In this document: piece after piece, positions 48,906 to 59,236 of the stretch
Layout: the number at the start of each line of letters is the position of its first letter
Position numbering within the stretch: position 1 is the stretch's first letter
NCBI GenBank assembly: GCA_963674745.2
Contig: CAXXDV010000003.1
Coordinates: 2,528,001-2,592,000 of the forward strand
Source of the DNA: Desulfosudaceae bacterium
GTDB taxonomy: Bacteria; Desulfobacterota; Desulfobacteria; Desulfobacterales; Desulfosudaceae
Reading direction: 5' to 3'
Length of the DNA stretch: 64,000 nt
The notes under the pieces: model-generated
What the model saw: only the letters and a program-made list of their open reading frames with translations
Told to the model about the DNA's origin: nothing
Database searches by the model: none
Position numbers and translations under genes: made by a program

Positions 48906-50036
48906 ATGAAACGTGTCTGGCATCTGGTCAAAAAAGAACTCTGGCAGGTCACCCGGGATCCCAACATGCTGCGGGTCATTTTTGTGGTGCCCATGATTCA
49001 GTTGCTGGTACTGGGGTATGCCATTACCACCGACATCAAAAACCTGGACATCCTGATCTGTGACCAGGACGATTCAGCTGTCAGCCGGAACCTGGTGGAA
49101 CGGTTTTCCCATAACGAATATCTGACCGTCAAACCCCTGCCATGCCGGGCGGGACAGATTGAACAGCACATCTTTCGCGGAGACGTCCTGCTGGCCCTGG
49201 TCATTCCCGAACATTTCGGCCGGGACCTGGAAAACCGGGAGAGCCCTGAAATCCAAATCCTGCTCGACGGCCAGAATTCCAACACCACCGCCGTGGCCCT
49301 GGGTTACTGCAATCGTATCCTGCTGGAGTTCGTGCGGGACAACCTGGCAGCAGCTGCCGGGCGTAACCCGCGACTGGCCCGGTCCATCCGGTTCATCGAA
49401 CCGGTCAGCCGAACCTGGTACAACCCGGAACTGAAAAGCGTCTACTACATGATTCCCGGCATTATTTCCATCCTGCTGACCATTATTACCATGCTGCTGA
49501 CCGGCCTGGCCATTGTCAAAGAACGGGAAATCGGCACCCTGGATCAACTGCTGGTAACACCGCTTTCCTCCTGGCAGATCATCGCCGGCAAAACCATTCC
49601 CTTTGCTTTTCTGGGCTTTCTGGAAATGGGCTTTGCCATGACCTTCGGCGTGCTCTGGTTCAAGGTTCCCATTGTCGGCAGCCTGCCCCTGCTGGCCGTG
49701 CTGGCGGCGGTATTTATTCTGACCACCCTGGGACTGGGTATTTTTGTATCCACCATGGTAGACACCCAGCAGCAGGCCCTGTTCATGGCCTGGTTTTTCC
49801 TGGTCTCTTTTGTCCTGCTGTCCGGTTTCTTTTATCCCATCGAAAACATGCCCGGCTGGGTCCAGGTCATTACCTACATCAATCCACTGCGGTATTTCAT
49901 TGAAATTTTAAGAGAACTCTTCTTAAAGGGGGCGGGTTTGTCGGTCCTCTGGCCGGAGCTGCTGTCACTACTGACCATCGGCGTCTCTATTTTCACCCTG
50001 GCCACGGTTCGTTTTGCACGACGCGCCGCCGCCTGA
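48906..50036 (+). CDS. ABC-2 permease (YbhR-like)
   Basis: KELWQVTRD, WYNPEL, KEREIGTLDQL, PIENMP, NPLRYF. Confidence 0.92.
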   Translation: MKRVWHLVKKELWQVTRDPNMLRVIFVVPMIQLLVLGYAITTDIKNLDILICDQDDSAVSRNLVERFSHNEYLTVKPLPCRAGQIEQHIFRGDVLLALVIPEHFGRDLENRESPEIQILLDGQNSNTTAVALGYCNRILLEFVRDNLAAAAGRNPRLARSIRFIEPVSRTWYNPELKSVYYMIPGIISILLTIITMLLTGLAIVKEREIGTLDQLLVTPLSSWQIIAGKTIPFAFLGFLEMGFAMTFGVLWFKVPIVGSLPLLAVLAAVFILTTLGLGIFVSTMVDTQQQALFMAWFFLVSFVLLSGFFYPIENMPGWVQVITYINPLRYFIEILRELFLKGAGLSVLWPELLSLLTIGVSIFTLATVRFARRAAA

Positions 50037-50173
50037 TAAGGGCAAGGGTTCAAGGGATCGAGTCCCAAAAGGGTATTTTTCTGATAATGTAAAAACATAA
50101 AGGGCGTTCCCAACTTACAACTTACGCATGGTTTTTTTATCAAAGATCTTTTAGAGTCCTCTTGTTCTTCGAA

Positions 50174-50272
50174 CACTGACAACAAGTTGTCAGTGCCATC
50201 CCGTCAGTGCATGCCCCATCCACAGTGCAAATTGCCCCGGCCTCGGGTGGCCCCGGGAACTTGTTCCCGGGG
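50174..50272. repeat. Pair of REP-like palindromes in opposite orientation
   Basis: CACTGACAAC-AA-GTTGTCAGTG+CCATCCC (50174-50202) and GGGTGG+CCCCGGGAAC-TT-GTTCCCGGGG (50245-50272). Both share a GG(A)TGGC foot and an AACTTGTT centre. Confidence 0.6.
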
Positions 50273-50432
50273 TGCGAAGCACAGGAGCATTGTCTGTTTA
50301 ATTATCACATGGCTGTTGGGCAAAAAACCGTCACCCACTAACACACAAAGAAACCGAAGAAACGCATAAAAGCATAGACATCCCCAGTAATTTCGCGTTA
50401 ATTTCTTGCACCTTTCGCTTCTTAGAAATAAA

Positions 50433-53400
50433 TCAGTTATTCAACAGGGTATTGAAGAAACATCCGCCGCCGCCACCGCCGCCCGAAGATTTGGGGGCAG
50501 CGTCTCCTCCCGGCCCTGACGGATCGACAATAATCCCGTTGACGGTATTGTCCACATCGCCGGTGCCACCGTCGGTAATGGTCATGGTCATGGACATCCG
50601 GTCGGCGCTGAAAGTGACTTCCGTTGAGAAATCATACCAGCCGTTGATGATATCGTACTTATACCAACGCATATTTGCGGGAACGGCATCAGTAAAGTAA
50701 ACCGTAATGGTTGCCGTATCACCGGGTTGGGACAGGCGGACGCGGAAATTCAGCAGGTCCGCCGGCAGGTAAGCGGGTTGGCCATCAGAATTATCCAGGT
50801 CCGTTGGATCGATCAACTCCAGCATTTCAAACAAGCCGCCCCCTTCGACCGAAATACCCGAATAATAACCGGACAGTGCGATATAGGTATCCTGAATATC
50901 CGCCGTCCCGGGCAAGGTGGTAAAAGAAAACGTCTCGGACCACGCTGAAGGCAGGCCGTTTTCATCATAGAACCGGACCCGGCGATAGTAGACCGAATCC
51001 GGCTTCAGAACGCCGGCCGGCATCTGAAGATATGTCAAACAGAAATCTCCGATGGCTTCATAGGTCAGCGGTTCAAAATCAGGTGAGGTGCTGAACTGCC
51101 ACTGGGAGGAGGCATGACCGAGTCCTTCCGGATGGGTATAATCCTCAGTGGTGCAGATAGCCGTCAGGCTGACGTTCCCGGCCTGATTTCCAGGTGACTC
51201 ATGAATCGGCTGGTCCGGCCCCTCCTGTCCGTTGGGGGTCGGGTCGCTGTTATCGCCGATACCGTCGCCATCAGAATCCTGCCACTCGTTCGGATCATCG
51301 GGGAACACATCCAGGCAATCGCCGGTGCCGTCGCCGTCCCTGTCCGCTATATTAAAGACGGCCGTGACCGACATATCCTGATCCAGTTCGACGGTGCAGT
51401 CACCGGTACCGGTGCAGGCGCCGCCCCACCCGGCAAACGTGCTGCAGAGGTCGGGTTCGGCACTGAGCTGAACCGTTGAGCCGTCATCAAACGCTCCGCT
51501 GCAGGTACTGCCGCAGTCGATCCCGGCGGGCGTGCTGGTGACCCAGCCGCTGCCGTCACCGGTTGTGGACACGACCAGTTGCCTTGTAATCGTCGGCAAG
51601 GCAGAAGTCGACGTCGTAAAATACTTATCGGCGCCATAGGCCGTACCGCCCAGGTTTGTGGCATATGCCCGGTAATGATAAATAGTTCCGGGTGAAAGGT
51701 TGTATAGAGCGCCGGTAAAAGAACCGGTGGTTGTGGCGGCACCGGACTCGGTTCGATCGCCCGCGATGGTGGGATCGGCTGTAAGCCCCCAGCAAATCCC
51801 GTGCTGAGTGGGATCAGGATCGCCAAGATCCGTAATATTGCCATAGACGATGGCGGATGTCTGGCCAACCACGGCGGTCGCGCCCGTGGTTACCGTTGGC
51901 AATACGCCGACGGTTACCGTATCCGTGGCCGTATTATTGGTTTCATCAATTTCCGGCACACGATTGTCGGGATCCACAGTGCAATTACCGCCGGATCTGG
52001 GGTTGACAAAGGTCCCCGTTGCCGTGGGCGTGGCCGTAAATTCCAGGTCCAGCCGGCCTGTTTCAGCGCCGAAACTAATCGGACCACCAATGGCCCTAAC
52101 CTGCAAGTCGTTTGAAACAATGTCGGCGAGAATAGTTCCCGCCCAGATAATGTTCGTTTCGTAAGCAATGCTGACGGCCGAATAATTAATATTCGCATCC
52201 GGCAGGCTATCGATCAGAAGCACCTCATCGGTGTGAAAATGGGCATCGGCGGTGCCGGTATTGGTGATACTCAATGTCCAGGTCCAGCTATCTCCGAGTT
52301 CGACGGCGTCGGAAACGTCGTTGGTCTTGGTCACCGTCAGTTCCGGCTGGACGCCGGTTCCTTTAACGTCAAACGTATACGGATTTTCATCGGCATCTTC
52401 ACTGGCGATACTGATGGTGGCCGTGCGTTCACCCAGGTCCGCCGGGGTAAATTCAACCTCAAACGTGGTGGTTGCACCCGGGAGTATGGGTGACACCGGC
52501 GGCGTGGTCACCACGAATTCGGCACTGTGTGTACCGGAAACCGCCACCATCGGCGTTCCGGTCAAATACAAGGGGCCGGCGCCGGCGGCGTTTTCTATGG
52601 TAAAGGTGCGTGTGGCAACACCGCCCAGAAGCAGGACGTTGCTAAAGTCGGTGTGGTCGTTTAAATCCGGGGTGTCGTCGCCGTCGACAATTTCCAGTCC
52701 ATTGCCCTGAACACTTATCTCCGGCAGGGCGTTGGTGGTAAAGGTCATGTCAGCGCCGTTGACGACCCCGCCCAGGTTATCGCCTTTCACCCGGTAGTGG
52801 TAGGTGGTGCCGGGCGTCAGTCCGGTCAGCGTGAAGCTGGCGGCCGTATCCGTGAGGCCCGTAACCGGGCTCGGGGCCGCCGTGACCGTGGTGCCGTAAG
52901 CGACGGTTTCCCCGTATTCAAAGGCGACGGTGGTGTCGGCGTTGTTGGCATTGACCGTACCGTTCAACGTGGCCGTGGTTGCAAGAACAGTTGTGGCCGC
53001 ATTAGTCGTAACGGTCGGCGGCGCGGCTGCCGTGGTAAACGTCATGTCCGCACCGTTGGTGGTGCCGCCCGGGTTAACGCCCACCACCCGGTAGTGATAG
53101 GTGGTGTTGGGTGTCAGGCCGGTCAGCGCGGAACTGACGGCCGTATCCGTAATGCCCGTAACCGGGCTCTGGTCCGCCGTCACCGTGGTGCCGTAAACGG
53201 ACGTCAGGCCGTATTCAAAGGTGACGGTGGTGCTGGCATTGTTGGCGTTGACCGTGCCGTTTAACGTCGCCGTGGTGGTGCCGATGCCGGTGGCCGCGCT
53301 GGTGGTGACCACGGGGGGCACCGGAAGGGTGGTAAACGTCATATCCCCGCCGTTGGTGGTGCCGGCCCCATTGACCCCGACTACCCGGTAATGATAGAGG

Positions 53401-56400
53401 GTGTTGGGTGTCAGGCCGGTCAGCGCATAACTGACGGCCGTGGCCGTATTGCCCGTGACCGGGCTTTCGGCCGCGGTTACCGTGGTGCCGTAGGCAACGG
53501 TTTCGCCGTATTCAAATGTTACGGTGGTGCTGTTATTATAGGCATTGACCGTGCCGTTTACGGTTGTTGTGGTGGTGCCGACACCCGTGGCCGCATTGGT
53601 CGTGGCGGCAGGCGGCGCGGCTACCGTGGTAAAGGTCATGTCGGCGCCATTGGACGTGCCGCCCGAATTCACCCCGACCACCCGGTAATGATAGGTGGTG
53701 TTGGGGATAAGACCTGTCAGCATGTAGCTGACGGGCGTATCCGTGTTGCCCGTAACCGGGCTCTGGTCCGCCGTCACCGTGGTACCGTAAGAGGCGTCCG
53801 TGCCGTATTCAAAGGTGACGGTCGTGCTGGGATTGTTCGCGTTGACCGTACCGTTTACGGTCGCCGTGGTGGTGGTGATGCCCGTGGCCGCGTTGGTGGT
53901 GACCGTGGGCGGCGTGTCATTGTCCAGGATCGTGGCCGTGTAAACCGTGGTAGCACCCTGAGTCGCGTTGGTCGGAGCGCCCATGGTGACAGCCACTGTT
54001 TCATCGCTTTCCATTGTGCCATCATCGACAACTGTGATGGTCATCGTTTGCGTCGTGGACCCGGCCGCAATGGTGATCGGGCTGGCCGTAATCGTATAGT
54101 CTGTTCCACCGCCCGTAGCATCGCCGCCGGTGGTAAATGGAACGGTCACCGCAAGGCCCGATACGGCCGAAAGCTGGGCCGTTATGGTCAGGGGGCCGCC
54201 ATTTTCGGCAACAGACTGGCCGGCGGAGGTAAACGTTACCGTCGGCGGGGCGTCATTGTCGGCAATGGTGGCGGTATGGACCGTGGTCGCGCCCTGGCTG
54301 GCGTTGGTGGGCGTACCCATGGTCACCATGACGGTCTCATTATTTTCATCCAGGGCATCGTCGGTAACCGTAATGGTTATCGTCTGGATGGTGGACCCGG
54401 CCGCGATGGTTATGGGACTGGCGGTAATCGAATAGTCCGCGCCCGTGGCCGTACCGCCGACAGTATAGGGCACGGTCACCGGCAGACCCGATGCGGCTGA
54501 AAGCTGGGCCGTTATGGTCATGGTACCGGTGTTCTCAGCACCGGACTGAGCGGCGGAGGTAAACGACACCGTCGGCGGATCGTCATTGTCGCTGATGGTG
54601 GCGGTATGAACCGTTGTCGCGCCCTGGCTGGCGTTGGTGGGCGTACCCATGGTCACCACAACCGTCTCATTATCTTCATCCAGAGTGTCGTCATTCACCG
54701 TGATGGTGATGGTCTGGGTCGTGAACCCGGCCGCGATGGTTATCGGACTGGCCGTAATCCCATAGTCCGTTCCTCCGCCCGTGGCCGTACCGCCCACGGT
54801 AAAAGGAACGGTCACCGCAAGGCCCGATGGGGCCGAAAGCTGGGCCGTTACGGTCATGGTGCCGGCGCCCTCAGCGCCGCTCTGACTCGCGGACGTAAAC
54901 GACACCGAAGGTGTGGGATCATCGTCCGTGATGGTGGCGGTATGGACCGTGGTGGCGCCCTGGGTGGCGTTGGTGGGCGTGCCCATGGTTACAATGACGG
55001 TCTCGCTGTTCTCGTCCAGGACGTCGTCATTCACCGTGATGGTAATCGTCCGGGTCGTGGCCCCGGCCGCAATGGTGATTGGACTGGCCGTAATCGAATA
55101 GTCGGTTCCCCCGCCCGTAGCTGTTCCGCCCACGGTAAAGGGCACGGTCACAATATCACTGGAGGTTGTCGACAGTTCGGCGGTAATGGTCATGGTGCCG
55201 ACATCTTCCGCCCCGGTCTGGCTGGCGGCGGTAAAAGAAACGGCCGGCAGCAGGGAGGAAAGCGTGACAATGGGTGACGTCGGTGTCCCCGACCAGCCGG
55301 TTTCCGGCGGTGTGGCGCTGTCGGTCAGGTTGCGGTAAAGCTGACACCAGGTAATATCTGTTTCCGTGATCACCCATTTATTGGTACAGCCGCGATAACC
55401 CAGAAAATAATAATCCTTTTTATAATATTTCCTGCCGTTATAAAGACCGCCGACAACATCGATATACAGTCCATTTACATCGGCATTGGGGGCATCGGAA
55501 ACCAGGTAGCAGACCGGGTCAAAATTGATGCCAAAATCATTTCGCGTGGCCTGATATACCGCGGAAGCATTGCCCCCTGAAAAGGCGCTGTTCTGAAAAG
55601 CAAATGTCAGGTTGGTGACGTCATCCCCGTCGGCATGGTTCGTTGCTGCACCGGTCAGGGTGACGGACAGTTCCGTATCGCTGATCCGTTCGGCCACGGC
55701 CGTCAGGCCGGCCGGCAGGTTGGTGACGACCAGTTTTCCGGCAGCGACAAAATCATCGCCGTTGCTGCCGGTAAAGATTTCTCCCTGGTAATTATTATGG
55801 GTGATGATCATCACCGGTTTGTTGTGAATGGACCCGTCATTGGCCACGCCTTCTAAAAAGACGGTTTTGCTGTAAGCCAGCGCGGGTGCGGCCGGAAGGA
55901 CCGTGGGATACGGATATTCTCCGTTGCCGCCCCAGTTCCGCCAGTTGGTTTGCGGCGGCAGGTCGGCGGCCGAGTTATTGTAATAATAAGCGGTATTCCA
56001 GGTTGTATCCGGCCCGATCCGCCAGTTTGATTGGAGATTATACGTACCCCAGTATAGGACCTCGCCGGTCCCGAAATCGGTAAAAATCAGCTTGCCGTTG
56101 TAGACACCGCTTAAGCCGTAAATGCCGTTGGCCGCATCGGTCCCGGCATTAATGGCCATATATTCCCGGTAAAAATAGATGCTCAGGTCGTTTTTGGTGG
56201 AATTAAACACCCCGGCCGCTGTCGACAGAGTAAAAGCGCTGTCCTGGAAGGTAAAGGTGACATTGCTGACATCGTCCGCCGTGGTATGGCTCGCTGCATT
56301 ACCGGTAAAGGTTACGCTGAGTTCGACATTGCTGACGCGTTCGGCCACTGCCGTCAACCCGGCTGGCAGATTGGTCACCACCAGCTTGCCGTCGGCCACA

Positions 56401-58175
56401 AAATCGTCGCCGTTGCTGCCGGAAAACTCGTCTCCTCCGCTGTTGTTGTGGGTAATGATCAGCGGCGTAGTATTGTTAATGCTGCCGTCATCGGCGGCAG
56501 CCTCGGCGAACAGGTCCACGCTGTAGCTGACGGACGCTTCGGCTCTCATAACCGTAGGGCCCGGGGCCACCCCCGGACTTTCGGCCTGGACCCAGCCGGT
56601 TTCAGGCGGAAGCGTATCTGTGTTGGCGGCCCTGAAAAGCGGGCAATAATTGTTGGCAATAACGCCATCAACAATCACCCAGTCCTGGGGACATAATTTC
56701 CAGTACATCGTAAACAATCTGTCGGCAGTTACAAAATAAAGCCGGCTGTTTTCGGTGCCGTCATCATAATAGATCCCATCGACCGCTGCCGTTCCGGCTC
56801 CGGAAACCACATATGCCACCGGATCAAAATTGATTTTAAAACCGGTTTTTGAATAGCTGTAAACCGCCGACGCGCTGCCGCCGGAAAAGGCACTGTCTTG
56901 GAATACGAAGCTTATATTTGTCACATCCGTTGTATGATTCGTTGCCGTGCCGGTAATGGTCACGCTGAGTTGCGTGTCGCTGATACGCTGGGCAACCGCA
57001 GCCAGGTTGGCCGGCAGGTTGTTGACGATCAGTTTTCCATCGGCCACGAAATTATCGGCGTTAATGCCGGTAAAAATTTCCCCGTTATAGTTGTTCAGGG
57101 TAATGATCAGCGGATCACCATTATCGATAACGCCGGCGGCAGCCTCGATGAAAATGACCCTGCTATAATCCAGGGCCGGTCGTGCCGAAAGAACGGTGGG
57201 GACCGGAAAAAAACCAGCGGGACACCTGTACCAGGGTGTTGAAGGGGGATTATCGGCACTGGAGTAGGCACTGTTATAATACCGGTTACTATAGACAGTA
57301 TCCGGACCTATAATCCACCTTGAATAGCTGCCGTTGCTATCCCACCAGATTGTCTCTCCTGTCCCGCTTTTGGTAAACTTCTTCTTACCGTTAAAAGAGC
57401 CGTCAAGCCCGTAAATGCCTTTTGCGCTTCCCAGCCCCGCATTCACGACAATGTATTCATAGTAAAAGTTTATCTTCAGGTCGCTTTTGGTGGAACGATA
57501 CACCACCGAAGCATCTCCGCCGGAAAAGGCACTGTCCTGGAAGACAAAGGTCAGGTTGCTGACATTATCACCTGTGGTATGGTTCGTTGCCGCGCCGGTC
57601 AAGGTGACGCTGATTTCGGTGGCGCTGGTGCGTTCGGCCACAACGGTCAGGCCGGCCGGAAGATTGCTCACCACCAGTTTGCCGGCGGCCACGAAATCAT
57701 CACCGTTGGTGCCCGTAAACGTGGCTCCCGCCCAGTTATTATGGGTGATGATCAGGGGCGTTGTGTTATTTATCGTTCCATCGTCTGCTGATGCTTCTGT
57801 AAAAAGATCGCAACTGTAACTCAAGGCAGGTTCCGCCCGGGTAATGGTGGGAGCCGGGTTTGCGCCTCCAGCCCGTTCCCAGCCTGTTTCCGGCGGATCG
57901 TTTTCCTGAGAGCTATTTCTGTAAAGCGGACAATCACTGTCATTAAGATTAGAGCCATTAATAATTATCCATCGGTTTTGCATACATCCCCGGTAAAAAA
58001 GCCGGTATGTCCCATTTATAAATACGGGCCGGCCCTCATGGGTCCCGGACTCGGTATACACCCCGTTCACACCGGCTGTTCCTGCGCCCACGACCTGATA
58101 ATCGGTTGCCTGGACCGTCTGGCAGAAAAATCCGCCAAGGAACAGTATCATTAATATAAAAAATAGCCTTTTCAT
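50433..58175 (-). CDS. Giant repetitive surface protein / adhesin (2580 aa)
   Basis: Signal peptide; 4 alternating A/B repeat units; 4 Calx-beta-like repeats; 4-5 FN3-like repeats; Ig-like and DUF11-like domains; TSP3-like DxDGDG motifs; C-terminal PSGP...GGGGGGGCFFNTLLNN. Confidence 0.88.
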   Translation of the reverse strand: MKRLFFILMILFLGGFFCQTVQATDYQVVGAGTAGVNGVYTESGTHEGRPVFINGTYRLFYRGCMQNRWIIINGSNLNDSDCPLYRNSSQENDPPETGWERAGGANPAPTITRAEPALSYSCDLFTEASADDGTINNTTPLIITHNNWAGATFTGTNGDDFVAAGKLVVSNLPAGLTVVAERTSATEISVTLTGAATNHTTGDNVSNLTFVFQDSAFSGGDASVVYRSTKSDLKINFYYEYIVVNAGLGSAKGIYGLDGSFNGKKKFTKSGTGETIWWDSNGSYSRWIIGPDTVYSNRYYNSAYSSADNPPSTPWYRCPAGFFPVPTVLSARPALDYSRVIFIEAAAGVIDNGDPLIITLNNYNGEIFTGINADNFVADGKLIVNNLPANLAAVAQRISDTQLSVTITGTATNHTTDVTNISFVFQDSAFSGGSASAVYSYSKTGFKINFDPVAYVVSGAGTAAVDGIYYDDGTENSRLYFVTADRLFTMYWKLCPQDWVIVDGVIANNYCPLFRAANTDTLPPETGWVQAESPGVAPGPTVMRAEASVSYSVDLFAEAAADDGSINNTTPLIITHNNSGGDEFSGSNGDDFVADGKLVVTNLPAGLTAVAERVSNVELSVTFTGNAASHTTADDVSNVTFTFQDSAFTLSTAAGVFNSTKNDLSIYFYREYMAINAGTDAANGIYGLSGVYNGKLIFTDFGTGEVLYWGTYNLQSNWRIGPDTTWNTAYYYNNSAADLPPQTNWRNWGGNGEYPYPTVLPAAPALAYSKTVFLEGVANDGSIHNKPVMIITHNNYQGEIFTGSNGDDFVAAGKLVVTNLPAGLTAVAERISDTELSVTLTGAATNHADGDDVTNLTFAFQNSAFSGGNASAVYQATRNDFGINFDPVCYLVSDAPNADVNGLYIDVVGGLYNGRKYYKKDYYFLGYRGCTNKWVITETDITWCQLYRNLTDSATPPETGWSGTPTSPIVTLSSLLPAVSFTAASQTGAEDVGTMTITAELSTTSSDIVTVPFTVGGTATGGGTDYSITASPITIAAGATTRTITITVNDDVLDENSETVIVTMGTPTNATQGATTVHTATITDDDPTPSVSFTSASQSGAEGAGTMTVTAQLSAPSGLAVTVPFTVGGTATGGGTDYGITASPITIAAGFTTQTITITVNDDTLDEDNETVVVTMGTPTNASQGATTVHTATISDNDDPPTVSFTSAAQSGAENTGTMTITAQLSAASGLPVTVPYTVGGTATGADYSITASPITIAAGSTIQTITITVTDDALDENNETVMVTMGTPTNASQGATTVHTATIADNDAPPTVTFTSAGQSVAENGGPLTITAQLSAVSGLAVTVPFTTGGDATGGGTDYTITASPITIAAGSTTQTMTITVVDDGTMESDETVAVTMGAPTNATQGATTVYTATILDNDTPPTVTTNAATGITTTTATVNGTVNANNPSTTVTFEYGTDASYGTTVTADQSPVTGNTDTPVSYMLTGLIPNTTYHYRVVGVNSGGTSNGADMTFTTVAAPPAATTNAATGVGTTTTTVNGTVNAYNNSTTVTFEYGETVAYGTTVTAAESPVTGNTATAVSYALTGLTPNTLYHYRVVGVNGAGTTNGGDMTFTTLPVPPVVTTSAATGIGTTTATLNGTVNANNASTTVTFEYGLTSVYGTTVTADQSPVTGITDTAVSSALTGLTPNTTYHYRVVGVNPGGTTNGADMTFTTAAAPPTVTTNAATTVLATTATLNGTVNANNADTTVAFEYGETVAYGTTVTAAPSPVTGLTDTAASFTLTGLTPGTTYHYRVKGDNLGGVVNGADMTFTTNALPEISVQGNGLEIVDGDDTPDLNDHTDFSNVLLLGGVATRTFTIENAAGAGPLYLTGTPMVAVSGTHSAEFVVTTPPVSPILPGATTTFEVEFTPADLGERTATISIASEDADENPYTFDVKGTGVQPELTVTKTNDVSDAVELGDSWTWTLSITNTGTADAHFHTDEVLLIDSLPDANINYSAVSIAYETNIIWAGTILADIVSNDLQVRAIGGPISFGAETGRLDLEFTATPTATGTFVNPRSGGNCTVDPDNRVPEIDETNNTATDTVTVGVLPTVTTGATAVVGQTSAIVYGNITDLGDPDPTQHGICWGLTADPTIAGDRTESGAATTTGSFTGALYNLSPGTIYHYRAYATNLGGTAYGADKYFTTSTSALPTITRQLVVSTTGDGSGWVTSTPAGIDCGSTCSGAFDDGSTVQLSAEPDLCSTFAGWGGACTGTGDCTVELDQDMSVTAVFNIADRDGDGTGDCLDVFPDDPNEWQDSDGDGIGDNSDPTPNGQEGPDQPIHESPGNQAGNVSLTAICTTEDYTHPEGLGHASSQWQFSTSPDFEPLTYEAIGDFCLTYLQMPAGVLKPDSVYYRRVRFYDENGLPSAWSETFSFTTLPGTADIQDTYIALSGYYSGISVEGGGLFEMLELIDPTDLDNSDGQPAYLPADLLNFRVRLSQPGDTATITVYFTDAVPANMRWYKYDIINGWYDFSTEVTFSADRMSMTMTITDGGTGDVDNTVNGIIVDPSGPGGDAAPKSSGGGGGGGCFFNTLLNN

Positions 58176-58198
58176 CCTTCTCCCCCTTGCTTAAAGGA

Positions 58199-59236
58199 TT
58201 ATTTTTTAAAAAAATTCGTTTTTATAATTTGAATATCTTTCTTTCTCGCGTTCATTACCGCCGAGGCCTCGCCGTCACTGAAGGCCGTATTCTGAAACGT
58301 GAACGTCAACGGGACGACATCATCATTATCTATAAGTTCACCGGTAAATATGAGGCTCAGATGGTTTTCGTCCAGACGGGTCATCACCGGCATTAATCCT
58401 GCGGGCAAACCTGCTACGGTGACTTTGTTATCAACCACAAAATCATCACCATTCGTGCCGGTAAACGTTTTACCGGACACATGGGGCAGTGTAATGACTG
58501 CCGGTGCTGAATTGTCGACAGGATACAGGCTCGTCTTTGCCCTTGGAAATTCGGTTTTGCTGTAGACCAGGCAGGGTTTGCTGACGCGCTTTACCGTGGG
58601 CGTGGGATCCAGGTTGTTTTCACCGCAACCGGTTTCCCATCCATCCTGGGGCGGGGTCTTTGAATCGGTCTTGTTTTTGTACAGGTTACGGTCTCCGTCG
58701 ATAATCATCCATTTGCTGTGGCAGCCTTTGTAATACAGGATGTATTGATCATGGCCGTATTGATCGCCGCCGGTTTCGTGCTTTCCGCAAGGCGTATAAA
58801 TCCCGTTCACCGCGGCCTTGCCGGCCCCTTTCACCTGGAAATAATCGCCCAAAGCATCCGGCAAAAACAGGGAGGCTTCAAGTACGGTCAGCTTCGTATC
58901 CGGCGCCTGCGGGGCGGAAACCGCTGTCCAGCCCCTTCGGGGAGGCGCCGCTGTCTGTTTGTCGTTTTGATAAAAAACGGTGTCTTCCCGGCTGATGACC
59001 CAGCCTTGGGTTTTATCTTTATAATAAATACCGAAAACGCCTTTGACGTACTGGGGATGATTATGGCGGTTTCCTGCCTTTATATAAGTGCCGTTGACGC
59101 TATGTCTTTGGGCCCCGGTAACGACAAGGCCTTTTCTCAACTCGGTTTCGGCACCGCTCCCGGATGCCGGGAAAACAAGCAGCAGAAAAGATAAGATAGC
59201 CAAAGGATATATGTTTTTAACAATGATCATACCCAC
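58199..59236 (-). CDS. Secreted protein built from the same A and B domains as the giant protein's N-terminus
   Basis: Signal peptide; GA...VNG.Y...W.I...PP..GW twice, then FTGTNGDDFV...LPAGL...FTFQNTAFSDG. Confidence 0.8.
   Translation of the reverse strand: MGMIIVKNIYPLAILSFLLLVFPASGSGAETELRKGLVVTGAQRHSVNGTYIKAGNRHNHPQYVKGVFGIYYKDKTQGWVISREDTVFYQNDKQTAAPPRRGWTAVSAPQAPDTKLTVLEASLFLPDALGDYFQVKGAGKAAVNGIYTPCGKHETGGDQYGHDQYILYYKGCHSKWMIIDGDRNLYKNKTDSKTPPQDGWETGCGENNLDPTPTVKRVSKPCLVYSKTEFPRAKTSLYPVDNSAPAVITLPHVSGKTFTGTNGDDFVVDNKVTVAGLPAGLMPVMTRLDENHLSLIFTGELIDNDDVVPLTFTFQNTAFSDGEASAVMNARKKDIQIIKTNFFKK

Noticed and set aside
52700..57800. Long direct repeats as CRISPR or DGR template/variable repeats
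   Set aside because: They are in-frame domain repeats of the giant protein; there are no spacers, no cas genes and no reverse transcriptase.
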